Part shown: piece after piece, positions 40,023 through 50,749 of the stretch
How positions within the stretch are numbered: position 1 is the first letter of the stretch
Layout: each line of letters starts with the position of its first letter
Origin: an uncultured Armatimonadetes bacterium
GTDB lineage: Bacteria; Armatimonadota; UBA5829; DTJY01
Assembly: GCA_963717145.1 (NCBI GenBank)
Contig: OY970325.1
Location: 608,001-672,000, forward strand
Direction: 5' to 3'
Length of the DNA stretch: 64,000 nucleotides
Notes under the pieces: generated by a model
What the model was told of the DNA's origin: nothing
Database searches by the model: none
What the model saw: the letters and a program-made list of their open reading frames with translations, nothing else
Translations under genes and position numbers: made by a program

Positions 40023-40802
40023 ATGAAGTATCTGTTGCTAATCGTTTCTCTGAGTTTTGTCGCCGTGCTGCTGGCCGGCTGCGGAAGCAGCGGACCGAAG
40101 CTGTTCGACACAATCACGACCGACACGGGGCTGCAATATCGCGATCTCGCGATAGGCAGTGGGATGAGTCCGATCAACGAGGACGTTGTCCAGGTGCACT
40201 CCACCGGCTGGCTGCAGGATGGCCGGGTGATCAACAGCACAATCGGTGGAGACCCGATAGAGTTCGAAGTAGGCGGCAATGCAGTCATCGCCGGATTCGA
40301 CGAGGGCGTCAGAGGAATGAAACCCGGCGGGAAGCGTAGACTCGTTATCCCGCCACAGATTGGGTACGGGAGCGAGGGTAACGCTCAGCTCGGAGTTCCC
40401 AGTGGCGCCACCCTCATCTACGATATCCAACTGGTAGACGTGCAGCGGTACAACTGGGTAACCACCGCATCCGGGCTCAAGTATGCCGATCTCACTGTCG
40501 GAAATGGTGCGACGCCACAGACCGGACAGATATGCAATGTCTTCTACAAAGGCTGGCTGCAGTCTGATGGCACTGTGTTCGACCAGAACCAACCGCCCAA
40601 CGACCCATTCTCATTCGCCATCGGGCAGGGAAACGTCATCGCGGGCTGGGATGAAGGCGTGGCGACAATGAAGGTCAACGGAAAGCGGCGTCTGGTAATC
40701 CCACCGGATCTTGCATACGGCGCATCAGGGCAAGGAGACATCCCCCCGAATGCCACCCTGGTCTTTGATGTGGACCTTATCAGTCTCGGGCCGCCGCCAT
40801 AG
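40023..40802 (+). CDS. Lipoprotein with two FKBP domains
   Basis: Lipobox LLAGC; two FKBP repeats. Confidence 0.9.
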   Translation: MKYLLLIVSLSFVAVLLAGCGSSGPKLFDTITTDTGLQYRDLAIGSGMSPINEDVVQVHSTGWLQDGRVINSTIGGDPIEFEVGGNAVIAGFDEGVRGMKPGGKRRLVIPPQIGYGSEGNAQLGVPSGATLIYDIQLVDVQRYNWVTTASGLKYADLTVGNGATPQTGQICNVFYKGWLQSDGTVFDQNQPPNDPFSFAIGQGNVIAGWDEGVATMKVNGKRRLVIPPDLAYGASGQGDIPPNATLVFDVDLISLGPPP

Positions 40803-40810
40803 GAGAAGTA

Positions 40811-41734
40811 TTGATGAGACTCACTCTGCTTGGAATCACACTGATGATGTTGTTCGCAACTGGAGCCTTTTGCGCAGGCGTGAAGATCGGTGACCTTGCG
40901 CCGACTGAGATCAATGGCTGGAAGGCGGACGGCAAGGACGGCGAGTACAATCGCACGAACCTGTATGACTACATAGACGGCGGCGCGGAGGTCTACCTCG
41001 CCTATGGGTACAAGGCGGCTTTCGCCCGGCGGTTCACGAAGCCCGAGCAGCCTGCGATAACCGCCGACATCTTCGATATGGGCACCTCTGAGGATGCGTA
41101 TGGCCTCTTCAGCTTCGAGCGCGAAGGAAAGTCGGTCCGAATCGGTCAGGATTCGGAGTACGCCGGCGGGTTCCTCAGGTTCTGGAAAGGTACATACTTC
41201 GTCTCGATCCTTGCTGACAAGGAGTCTCCCGAATCGAAGGAAGCCGTGATGGGCCTGGGGAAGGCGATCGCGGACAAGATCAACGATGCGGGTACCAGGC
41301 CGAAGATGCTCGAGTTCCTGCCCCAGAGTAACCTGATCGCCCCGAGCACCAGGTTCTTCCACCAGAAGTCAGGGCTGGACTACCACTTCTTCGTGGCCGA
41401 CAAGAACATCCTCAACCTCGGCCCGAAGACCAATGTCCTGCTGGCTCAGTTCAAGACGCCCGCGAGGCGAACGGCTAAGGTCATCCCCAAGTCCCAGTTG
41501 TTGCTGGTTCAGTATCCGACCGCAAAGGAAGCATCCGGGGCGCATGCCTCCTTTGGGAAGGCATACATGCCGGAAGCGAAGTCAGATGGTACGATCAGGA
41601 CGGAGGACGGCAAGTTCACGGTCGCACGGCTGAAGAGCACCTACGTCGCCGTCGTTTTCGAAGCGCCGGATACGGTGTATGCCAATGCATTGCTCGATTC
41701 GATCGTTGCAGGTATGGAGGTAAAGAGCAAATGA
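40811..41734 (+). CDS. Secreted DUF6599-like protein
   Basis: NLYDYIDGGAEVYLAY, DIFDMG...AYGLFS, FWKG. Confidence 0.7.
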   Translation: MMRLTLLGITLMMLFATGAFCAGVKIGDLAPTEINGWKADGKDGEYNRTNLYDYIDGGAEVYLAYGYKAAFARRFTKPEQPAITADIFDMGTSEDAYGLFSFEREGKSVRIGQDSEYAGGFLRFWKGTYFVSILADKESPESKEAVMGLGKAIADKINDAGTRPKMLEFLPQSNLIAPSTRFFHQKSGLDYHFFVADKNILNLGPKTNVLLAQFKTPARRTAKVIPKSQLLLVQYPTAKEASGAHASFGKAYMPEAKSDGTIRTEDGKFTVARLKSTYVAVVFEAPDTVYANALLDSIVAGMEVKSK

Positions 41735-42615
41735 CGGGCAAAGACCGTGTGATCACTCGGCGCGACTTCCTGAGGGCCACGGCATCTGCGGCGCTCATTG
41801 CAGCCGTGGGTCTGCCGCTCGCGGCCGAAGCAGTTGCCGGGAAGAAGTCCCGGGTCGTGCTGATCCGCAGCGCGGGTGTTCTCGACAAGGATGGGAAAAT
41901 CGACTCGAACGTCCTGGGCGATATGCTCGACCAGGCCGTTGTGAAGTTGCTCGACAAACCGAGTGCCGCCTCCGCCTGGAAGAGTCTCGTGAAGCCGTCG
42001 GACCTGGTCGGCATAAAGTCCAATCGCTGGAACAGGCTTCCCACTCCTCCCGAGATGGAGAAGATCATCACGGACCGCATTATGGCGGCGGGAATCCCGG
42101 CCGACAAGGTGTTCTGCGACGACCGGGGATCGAAGGACAAGTTCGAGTCGAGCACGGCGCTGATAAACGTCCGTCCGGCTCGGACGCATCATTGGTCCGG
42201 CATGGGCAGTTGCATCAAGAACTACATCATTCTGAGCCCGAAGCCGTCGGACCTGCATCCGGATTCGTGCGCGGCTCTGGGGTCGGTCTGGGGGCTGCCC
42301 ATCGTGAAGGGGAAGACCAGGCTGAATATCCTCGTACTGCTGAGTCCACAGTTCTATGGCCGAGGCCCTCAGGATTACGATCCGAACAACATCTGGGCTT
42401 ACAAGGGGCTCGCGATCTCGACGGATCCGGTGGCGGTGGATGCCATTGGGGCGCACCTTCTCAAGACGAAGCGGATCGCCTTCTTCGGCGAGGACAAGCC
42501 GATCACACCTACCACGCACATCGCGGTGGCGGACCAGAAGTATGGCCTGGGTGTGAGTGACCTCAACAGGATCGAGCTGATCAAGCTTGGGTGGAAGACG
42601 GACATACTCATTTAG
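41731..42615 (+). CDS. Tat-exported DUF362 family protein
   Basis: TRRDFL, VGIKSN, CIKNY, STDPVAVDAIG. Confidence 0.8.
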   Translation: MTGKDRVITRRDFLRATASAALIAAVGLPLAAEAVAGKKSRVVLIRSAGVLDKDGKIDSNVLGDMLDQAVVKLLDKPSAASAWKSLVKPSDLVGIKSNRWNRLPTPPEMEKIITDRIMAAGIPADKVFCDDRGSKDKFESSTALINVRPARTHHWSGMGSCIKNYIILSPKPSDLHPDSCAALGSVWGLPIVKGKTRLNILVLLSPQFYGRGPQDYDPNNIWAYKGLAISTDPVAVDAIGAHLLKTKRIAFFGEDKPITPTTHIAVADQKYGLGVSDLNRIELIKLGWKTDILI

Positions 42616-42628
42616 TGCAGTATGCCCG

Positions 42629-42736
42629 GCAGAACCCTCACCCCCGACCCCTCTCCCTCAGAAGGGCGAGGGGAGTGCTCGGCGGTAGACTCCCCTCGCC
42701 CTTCTGAGGGAGAGGGGTCGGGGGTGAGGGTTCTGC
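42629..42736. repeat. CCCTCACCCC-type palindromic element, copy 1
   Basis: Perfect 48-bp arms; near-identical copy at 49890. Confidence 0.88.
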
Positions 42737-42765
42737 GAGCCATATGGCGCATGGAGGAGTATTCA

Positions 42766-44301
42766 ATGCCGCAGATTACACGCAGAGACTTCATCAAGGC
42801 CGCAGGTGGATTCGTATCGGCCGCAACGCTCACTCCCGGCCTGATTCAGGAAACCCTGGCCGCTGAGAAGAAGCGCCCGAACGTACTCTTCCTCATGACC
42901 GATCAGCAGACTCACTCCGCGATGCGATGCGCGGGTAACTCCTACATACGGACGCCCAACCTCGACAGGCTGGCCCGGGATGGCGCCCGCTTCACGAATT
43001 CCGTCTGCGCCACGCCGTTCTGCTCTCCGACACGCGCATCGTTCATCACCGGCGAATGGCCGCATACCCACGGCATCGTCAAGAACGTGGAGGCGAAAGG
43101 TAAGGGCTTTGGCGACAAGGTGGTTGCCACAGAGCAGCTTCTGTTCGACAAGGGATATGAGACCTTCCAGATGGGGAAGTGGCATCTTGGCGAAAAGAAT
43201 GACCTGAGATGCTACCGCAGAGAGCAGGACCTCACATCGACTGAAGCCTACAACCAAGTCAGGAAGTCCCTGCCCGACGAGCAGATGGATAAGGCTCGAC
43301 CCGGGGATGTCGAGATATCCGGCGTGTGCTATACGCCTGAGGTGGCGCGACTCCACGGCAGATGGGCCACTGAGAAGAACAGGGTGGGGCAGGATCTGAC
43401 GACGATCGGGCGCTCCCTCGTTCCCCCTGAGTACAACTATGAATCCTGGCTTGCGGACCGGTGCATCGACCTGATCAGGAAGTACAAGGAGAACAACTTC
43501 ATGATCACCTGGTCGGTCGGCCCGCCGCACGCGTACTGGATCGTGCCTGACCCGTACTACAGCATGTACGATCCCGGCAAGATCAAGCTTCCCGCGAGCT
43601 TCGGCGAGATCCCGGAGGTCTACAGGAACTCCGGGCCCGGTCATCTAAGCACCGAACTGGGCGAGAAGGGTGTGCGTGAGATGATGAGGTGCTACTACGG
43701 CCAGGTCACCATGATGGACTGGTGCATCGGCAGGATTCTCGACGCGCTCAAGGCCGAGGGACTCGACGAGGACACGCTCGTTGTCTTCACCAGCGATCAC
43801 GGCGACATGCAGGGCGGCCACGGGATGATCGACAAGGCGCTGCCCGCGTACTACGAGGAGATCGTCCGCACTCCGCTGATCATGCGGTATCCCGGCTCGA
43901 TCAAGCCCGGCACGGTGATCGACACCCACGTCCAGACCGTCGATTTCATGCCGACGTTTCTCGATTACACCGGTATGCCGACGCCGAAGACCGCGCAGGG
44001 CGTTTCGATCAGACCGCTCCTCGAGGGCAAGGCGAAGGACGACGACCGGCCCGGATTTTGCGAGCGCGGGCTTGGCGACCAGGGCGGTTGGAGCCGCATG
44101 GTTCGGACTCACGAGTGGAAGTACGACTGCTACGCTGATGGACGCAAGGAGCTGTTCAACCTCGCGAAGGATCCGGGTGAGATGACAAATCTGGCAAACG
44201 ACGGCTCAGCGGCCGCAGATCAGAAGAGACTCCACAAGATGCTCGTCACCCAGGCCGAGAAGAGCAAAGACCCGGCACTGAAGTTCCTCTCGAAAGCATA
44301 G
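42766..44301 (+). CDS. Tat-exported Cys-type sulfatase
   Basis: TRRDFI, PNVLFLMTDQ, CSPTRAS, GKWHL, SDHG. Confidence 0.93.
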   Translation: MPQITRRDFIKAAGGFVSAATLTPGLIQETLAAEKKRPNVLFLMTDQQTHSAMRCAGNSYIRTPNLDRLARDGARFTNSVCATPFCSPTRASFITGEWPHTHGIVKNVEAKGKGFGDKVVATEQLLFDKGYETFQMGKWHLGEKNDLRCYRREQDLTSTEAYNQVRKSLPDEQMDKARPGDVEISGVCYTPEVARLHGRWATEKNRVGQDLTTIGRSLVPPEYNYESWLADRCIDLIRKYKENNFMITWSVGPPHAYWIVPDPYYSMYDPGKIKLPASFGEIPEVYRNSGPGHLSTELGEKGVREMMRCYYGQVTMMDWCIGRILDALKAEGLDEDTLVVFTSDHGDMQGGHGMIDKALPAYYEEIVRTPLIMRYPGSIKPGTVIDTHVQTVDFMPTFLDYTGMPTPKTAQGVSIRPLLEGKAKDDDRPGFCERGLGDQGGWSRMVRTHEWKYDCYADGRKELFNLAKDPGEMTNLANDGSAAADQKRLHKMLVTQAEKSKDPALKFLSKA

Positions 44302-44307
44302 TGGGGG

Positions 44308-44865
44308 TTACCCGGGAGACTGGAGATCGGCGTACATGTAAGTCAACGGTGGGGAATCGTCGACTTCATTCTCCGTGCCTTCGTTCACCCCTTGGTACCA
44401 CTGGGCCTCAACGGCAGCCTTCTCGAAGCCGAAACCAGCGTAGAATGGAATGGCGTCCTGATAGGCGACTACACTGAGAACTCGGCAAGGGAATCTTTGC
44501 TGGAGTTCGAAGACAAGTTTGAGTAGGTACTCCATCAGGAGAGTGCCGATCCCTTGGCCTCTACAGCCATCCGCCACGGCCAAGTACGTGATCTCGACGC
44601 CCGGGGCAGCCTGGGCAAGGTCGAAATCAACATCCAGCCTTTGGTGATCGCCGTATTGCAGGGTCAGAGTTGTGAGTCGATAAGCGATATACCCGACAAC
44701 GATCTCGTCTTCCACCGCGACGACGGTGGCTATGAGGTGCTTCTCCCGAGACTCCAGGGCGTGCTGCTGGAGGAACTCCTGGAGTGCCGAAAGGCCAACA
44801 CCCCCGCTGCACCGGAAAGTGCCAACAGGGGTGTTCTCATCGAGGAAATCAAGTTCGACAGCCAT
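44308..44865 (-). CDS. GNAT acetyltransferase resembling TA-type GNAT toxins
   Basis: FRCS...LQEFLQQHA, PGVEITYLAV, RGQGIGTLL, AIPFYAGFGF. Confidence 0.75.
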   Translation of the reverse strand: MAVELDFLDENTPVGTFRCSGGVGLSALQEFLQQHALESREKHLIATVVAVEDEIVVGYIAYRLTTLTLQYGDHQRLDVDFDLAQAAPGVEITYLAVADGCRGQGIGTLLMEYLLKLVFELQQRFPCRVLSVVAYQDAIPFYAGFGFEKAAVEAQWYQGVNEGTENEVDDSPPLTYMYADLQSPG

Positions 44866-44875
44866 GAGGGAGCGC

Positions 44876-45034
44876 CTACTTAGAGTCCTTCGTCCTGAGT
44901 GGGAATGACCTCGTGCTCGCGGCGATCATTCTGCTGTGGGCCTTTCCATCCCTGCGGGAGCGAACGAGGGCACCTCCGACTTCCTTCGCATCTTTGCCCG
45001 TGAATGTGTTCCGAGTGCGTCGCACCTGTGTCAT
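44876..45034 (-). CDS. Small basic protein, putative antitoxin (52 aa)
   Basis: GGAGGT RBS; lies directly upstream of the GNAT gene behind a consensus promoter. Confidence 0.55.
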   Translation of the reverse strand: MTQVRRTRNTFTGKDAKEVGGALVRSRRDGKAHSRMIAASTRSFPLRTKDSK

Positions 45035-45050
45035 GGTTGCCACCTCCGAT

Positions 45051-45113
45051 TGGCAAGTGGACAGGAAGTGTCTTGCCACTGTTATTATACCCCGCTCGAC
45101 CCTGAGCTGTCAA
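45051..45113 (-). promoter_or_regulatory. Consensus promoter plus inverted repeat
   Basis: TTGACA-18 bp-TATAAT; TGGCAAG-n14-CTTGCCA just downstream. Confidence 0.7.
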
Positions 45114-45170
45114 CGAATTCTGCGCCATTGGTCGCCGATGTCTGAGTTCCTTCCGCGTCCGACAGGCCAG

Positions 45171-48100
45171 CTATTGCGGCTCGACTCTCAGCCGGAACCT
45201 TTCACCGAACCGGGTGCGGCCGATCGCCTCGAAGGTGAACGTCAGATCGACCGGCGACGTGAATGTCGCCGGCATCGCGACTGGGAACGACGCCTTCCCG
45301 AATGCCAGATGACCGACTGGCTCTGTTAGCATCGCTCTCGATTCCCTCCCGTCCACATCGATCAGGATGCACACGTTTTCCTGCTTCCTCGTGTCGCCGG
45401 CGAGTAGCTTAGCCTCTCCGAGGTCGGTGAACTCAACTCTCGCCTTCAGAGGCTCGCCCGGTTGCAGATCGATGGTATCGCCGCTTCGGACGCGGCTCCA
45501 CTTGCCGTATGCATCCTGCACCTCGACGAGGTCGAATGCGGCGTCAAGGTATTTGGGCGGGTTGTAGTCATTCTCGGGGACGTTGCCGATTGCCACGAGT
45601 GGGCAGTTCGATGAGTCGGTCCCCGTGCCTTCGGTGCGGAGGCCGGGGGACAATCCCTGGTCGATCGCCGCCCAGAACTTCCGCTTGGACGCGTCATAGA
45701 TGCCCGCGATTCCCTCGGGGTACTTGTCGCGGTCGATCGTGATCCAGTAGTCGATCGGCTTCGCAGACGGGCCGTTGATGAACTGGTCTGCATACCGGCG
45801 GATGACCTTGCTGACCGGCTTGTCCGAGCCGTCCGGCTGGATCACGCCGTAGTCGCTGTTTTCGCCGACGCGGAATCCGCCGGGATAGTACCACGAATAG
45901 AGGCCGTCCGCGCCGCTCTTGATCAGCATCTGGTAGAACTGCTCGTAAAACCGCGCCTGGTAGTCGAGCTTGTCCGGGGTGCTACGCATCTGGGAGTTGT
46001 CCCAGGCGGTGACTCCCTGCTCCTTCCAAATCATCGGCTTCTTCGGGGCGGCCCAGCGCGCGTATTCGAACTGGAACCATCCCGGCTTCACGCGCTCCCA
46101 CTGATCGCTGATCCGTCCGTATGCCTCGGGCGCGAGGAAATCGACTGCACCCGCGAGGTAGGGGAAGTCGTACGGGATGCGTCCCTCCCATCGGTAGTTG
46201 GGATTCGCCGCCTCAGCCATCCGGAAGCTCACGAGGTGGTTCGGATCGACGCTCCTCACGAGCCGACGGGCCTCGCCGTACTTCTCATAGAGCAGTGTGT
46301 CGAGGAACCTTCGGTACGCTGCTGCCATCACCCGCCACTCGCCGTCGAACTCGGTCTGAGGCGGCTCCGGATTGGTGATCTTACCGCTCTCGTCTCTCGT
46401 CACCGGGAATCCCCAGTCCTTTTCGGCGTTCTCGATGCTCCCATACCGCTCGACGATCCACTTCTCCCAGTCGCCGTCCCAGATCACGCGATCGCGCTGG
46501 TGGCCGAACATCGGCTCCCATGCGAGATCGTAGGCGACGACCGTATCGTTGTCCTTGAGTCGCATGTCGGTGATGATCTCCCCGATCTGCGGCCAGAGGA
46601 AGTCCATCGGAGTGCCTGGTCGCAGGGAGACATCTGCCTTCATGCCGGCCGCGTCGAGCCTTCGCAGGAGGTCGACCAGGTTCTGGGCCTGATGCTGGCC
46701 ATAGTAGATGAAGATGCTGACCGCGTTGTATCCGAGGTCCTTCATGTGGCAGATGTCACGCTGGACGATCTCGGGGTCGTATGACCGAGCCCCGATGTAG
46801 TGCTCGAAGTACTCGCCGTCCTCGGTGCCGACGCCGGACGACGGCATGTAGTTGACGCCGTGAGCCCTCCAACGCTTGCCGTCGAGCATGAACTCGCCGT
46901 CCTTGGTGGTGACGAAGTGCTTGTCTTTCTTGGGAGTCCAGACGTTGACCGGATGCCGCACCCTGTCCACGACCTTGCCATCGATGGAGACCTCGGCGGT
47001 GGCGATGTATCCGTCCTCAGGCCATCTCTCCGGCTTCCATTTGTCGCCAAGATACGCATCTCCTCCGGGACCGTGGCTGACAACGAACTCCTTGCTGACG
47101 GCGACTTTTCCGTTCTTTGCCTCAGTCAGTGTCACCCGTGCGTCGACACGGCGGATTCCCCCCCATGCCCCCCCTGCAGGCGTGCCGAGATGAACTGTGT
47201 TCACTCCCAGGGACATTTCCTGATCCTCGAAATAGGTGAAGAAGTTCGTGCCGCCGTCGATCATGAACTCGCCTTCCTGCACCTTCGCGGCGATCTGACG
47301 CACGAGGTCGAGCGCGGCCGGCGACCTGTACCATGCGGGGTCGCTGATGCCGAACGACGCCCAGATGCTCCCCTTGTATGGTCCATCGGTGGTGGCGATC
47401 ATGGTGACAGGGCTGCCTCGCCACTCGCCGGAAGCGGTCTCGGCCTGGACGAGCGGGATGTAGCGCCACGTGCGTCCCTTGTTGTACCCGCCGCCGCCCG
47501 GACGAGGATGCGGGGAGCGAATTGCGGCCGGAAGAGGAAGCTTTGCATCGGCAAGTATCGCCTGGTCGTTCCTGACCTTGAGGGACGCCACCTCGGTCGA
47601 GTCGAAGAACTTATAGCCGGGGGATAGTATGTCGAGCTTCGGTGGGTCGAATGCCCCCAGGATCTCCTCGTACTCGGACGTCATCGGGGCGGTCCCGAAG
47701 ACGCCGACCCAGTACTCCTGCTTGCCGATGATCGCCCCGCCCATGTGGGTGTGCGCCATCCCTACGGCCAGGCCGGCGGCATTCTCGGGCTTGAAGACGT
47801 CACCTCGGCCGCCGCGATTCGGCACGCTGATCCAGAACTTGAAGTCCTCCGGCACGAGGACGTACTGCCGCCACTCGGGGTAGAGTGGCACGACCGCGAT
47901 CCACCGCGAGCCGTCCTTTTCGGCCCACTCGATCGCAAGCTGGGTGGTCAACGGCCCACCTTTTGCGGAGAAGACCGTGAGCGTGTCTCCCTTCGGGAAC
48001 GGCTGCTCGACATCCGGAGCGCCATAGGTATCCCACGAGGTGAGGTTCGGAATGACGACGTGCAGAGAGCCTGTCCCAGGAGCGGCCCCATCAGCCGTCA

Positions 48101-48619
48101 GTTCGATGGAGGAGGGCTCCTGTCGTTATCGCTCGCACGACGCCAGTCGGAGGCGGCTCCGGACTTGAAGTCATACAGCACGTGCGGTGGGAGTGTGCTC
48201 GCCTTGCTCTTCTGGAAGTCATCGCGCGTGATCCAGCCGTCGTTCGTCTTGATGTACGCCGTCTGCCAAAGCGGGGCATTGAGCGCCACGATGTCGCCGC
48301 CCGCTCGCAGGAAGCCGTCGATCGGGCCGGTGGCCTTCGCGGGCAGGGCGGCCGCATTCGGGAGCACGAGCAGATCGAAGTTGCTCGACGTCAGCCGATC
48401 GGGGCTGCAGATATCCCCGGCGTCGATCGTTCGAACATCGTACCCGGCGCCCGTCAGTTGGCCTGCCAGCGAATCGATCAACGCCGGATCGTCACCGGGT
48501 AATCCGCTCTTGAGCAGTGCGGCCCTGCCCGATGCCGCAAGCCCCGAAGCCGATAGGCCGAGCACGAAGCTGAGTATCAGGCAGCTTGTTACCAGAATCC
48601 TGTGGATGTCCAGACTCAT
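45171..48619 (-). pseudogene. Large secreted TIM-barrel glycoside hydrolase (GH5/GH42-like, clan A); 1-nt frameshift near 48115 (possibly an assembly error)
   Basis: Signal peptide ORF 48098-48619 continues in the frame of 45171-47951 (SSIELTADG...GPLTTQL); HGVNYMP, AYDLAWEP, IWKEQG, ENSDYG. Confidence 0.7.
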
Positions 48620-48686
48620 GAGCCGAATCCTCCTGTGACGCTTGTCTCAGGTGCATTGTTCGCTCGGTTGCGCCTGGACTCCTGCC

Positions 48687-48782
48687 TTTGGAGTGCGGTG
48701 GCTCGACACCGCTTTTGCTCCCCGGCGGCTTGACGCCCCAGGGACCGCTCGCAAAAGCGGTGTCGAGCCACCGCACTCCAAA
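48687..48782. repeat. GGAG-type palindromic element
   Basis: Perfect 32-bp arms TTTGGAGTGCGGTGGCTCGACACCGCTTTTGC. Confidence 0.85.
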
Positions 48783-48815
48783 AGTGGTATACTGCACTCG
48801 TCGGAGGTAACAACA

Positions 48816-49865
48816 ATGCTGGTCTTACTTTTGGGGTGCATCATGGCGACGCAGAACGTTGATTTCGGGTTCACGTCACTTGTCGGCCAAGTGTCGAAGG
48901 AGTATCCTCGGCACAGCGAGGGAGACATCATCGAGCTGAAGGACGGCACGCTCCTCCTCGGCTGGACGAGGTTCACCGGCGGAGGGGCCGACCATTCGAC
49001 CGCTCATATCGCGGCGGTGACCTCGAAGGACGGCGGGCGCACGTGGGGCGAGCCGTATGTCATCCAGGAGAACACCGGCAAGCAGAACGTCATGTCGCTC
49101 AGCTTCGTGCGGCTGAGGTCGGGGAAGATCGGCATGTTCTACCTCGAAAAGAATAGCAACTCGGACCTGCAGGTGCACTATCGCTACTCGACCGATGAAG
49201 CCAAAAGCTGGGGTCCGATTCAGAGAGTCCCCGCTCCGGACGGCTACAACATCATGAACAACGACCGTGTCGTCCAACTCGAGTCCGGCCGGATCATCCT
49301 GCCGATCTCCTGCGCATCGGACATAGGAACGTCCGATCCACTCTGGGTGTTCTGCATGTACTCGGACGACGAGGGCAAGACCTGGAAGCGCTCGACACCC
49401 GACCTGAAGTGCCCGAAGCGCGGCGCGATGGAACCGGGCGTCGTCGAACTGGCAAGCGGCGATCTGCTCATGGTCATCCGCAACCAGATGGGCGTCATCT
49501 ACACCAGCACTTCGAAGGATCGGGGAGCGACATGGTCTGATCCGCAGCCGACGGATATCAAGTCGCCCGAATCGCCGGCGACCATCAAGCGGATCCCGAA
49601 GAGCAAGGACCTGCTCCTCGTCTGGAACAACAATGAGAATGGAAGCCGGCAGCGCTCGCCTCTCACGGCCGCGATCTCGAAGGACAACGGCAAGACGTGG
49701 ATGAACGTCAGGAACATCGAACACGACCCCGAATCCAACTACGCATACATCAGCATCGACTTCGTGAAAGACAACGTGCTCCTAACGTATTACGACAATC
49801 CCAAGGGTGGCGGATGGAATCTTCGATTCCGCAGCGTCCCCCTGAAGCGGTTCACGGAGCGATGA
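48816..49865 (+). CDS. Sialidase-like BNR/Asp-box protein
   Basis: Five S.D.GxTW Asp boxes; PRHSEGD, MEPGVVEL, YAYIS. Confidence 0.85.
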   Translation: MLVLLLGCIMATQNVDFGFTSLVGQVSKEYPRHSEGDIIELKDGTLLLGWTRFTGGGADHSTAHIAAVTSKDGGRTWGEPYVIQENTGKQNVMSLSFVRLRSGKIGMFYLEKNSNSDLQVHYRYSTDEAKSWGPIQRVPAPDGYNIMNNDRVVQLESGRIILPISCASDIGTSDPLWVFCMYSDDEGKTWKRSTPDLKCPKRGAMEPGVVELASGDLLMVIRNQMGVIYTSTSKDRGATWSDPQPTDIKSPESPATIKRIPKSKDLLLVWNNNENGSRQRSPLTAAISKDNGKTWMNVRNIEHDPESNYAYISIDFVKDNVLLTYYDNPKGGGWNLRFRSVPLKRFTER

Positions 49866-49889
49866 CACAGGAAGAGCCGTCCCCAAAGC

Positions 49890-49982
49890 GACCCTCACCC
49901 CCGACCCCTCTCCCTCAGAAGGGTGAGGGGAGACGCCATCTCCCCTCGCCCTTCTGAGGGAGAGGGGTCGGGGGTGAGGGTC
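49890..49982. repeat. CCCTCACCCC-type palindromic element, copy 2
   Basis: 44-bp arms with one mismatch. Confidence 0.88.
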
Positions 49983-50086
49983 ATCCGTGGACTCCCTCCT
50001 CAACGGTCGGCCAGGCGCTGAAACTTAATGCCGATTCGGCTGAGTATAAACTGGCAAACTGGGTAAAGAGTGTCTGACACAAATGC

Positions 50087-50731
50087 GTGAAAGCACCTGT
50101 GAGTAGCATCGTGAAGTGTCTGGTACTAGTTGCACATCCGGATGACGAGACGATATGGGTCGGTGGAACGATCCTCAGGCACAGCGCCTGGGATTGGAGC
50201 ATCCTGTCCATGTGTCGCGCGGACGATCCGGATCGCGCCCCGAGGTTCGATCGAGCGGTGGCCGAACTCGGCGCTCGGGGATGGATGTCCGACCTGGACG
50301 ACAGCAGCCCGGTGCTCGAGACCCTCTCGCCGGATCTGGTGGAGATCAAGTCGAGGATCAGACGGCTGCCGACGATGGAGTATGATCTGATCCTTACTCA
50401 CGGCCCGGACGGGGAGTACACTCGCCACGAGCGTCACGAACAGGTGCATCGCGCGGTGTGTGAAATGACCAATGCCGGGGAAATACAGGGCAGGGTATTC
50501 TGTTTCGCCTACGAGGACTGCGCCGGTGACTGCCGACCTCATCCCGAGGAGGATGCGCGGTTGGAGATCACCCTCAGCGGGGATGAATACCGACGGAAGC
50601 AGCACATCGTTCGTGACATCTACGGTTTCGGTGAAGGCAGCTTCGAGCAGACCGCAGCGGGACCAGTGGAGGCGTTCAATCTGTGCGCGGGGGCGAAACC
50701 GAGCTTGCCCGGCATACCCTGGCAGCGATAG
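50087..50731 (+). CDS. PIG-L/LmbE family deacetylase
   Basis: LVLVAHPDDE and THGPDGEYTRHERH metal motifs. Confidence 0.85.
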   Translation: MKAPVSSIVKCLVLVAHPDDETIWVGGTILRHSAWDWSILSMCRADDPDRAPRFDRAVAELGARGWMSDLDDSSPVLETLSPDLVEIKSRIRRLPTMEYDLILTHGPDGEYTRHERHEQVHRAVCEMTNAGEIQGRVFCFAYEDCAGDCRPHPEEDARLEITLSGDEYRRKQHIVRDIYGFGEGSFEQTAAGPVEAFNLCAGAKPSLPGIPWQR

Positions 50732-50749
50732 CACTTCGGAGGACACAAA

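Noticed and set aside
42622-42765. N-terminal ORF extensions through palindromic repeats (also 9010, 11914, 30524, 38336, 48642)
   Set aside because: Translations of repeat DNA; better RBS-linked starts lie downstream
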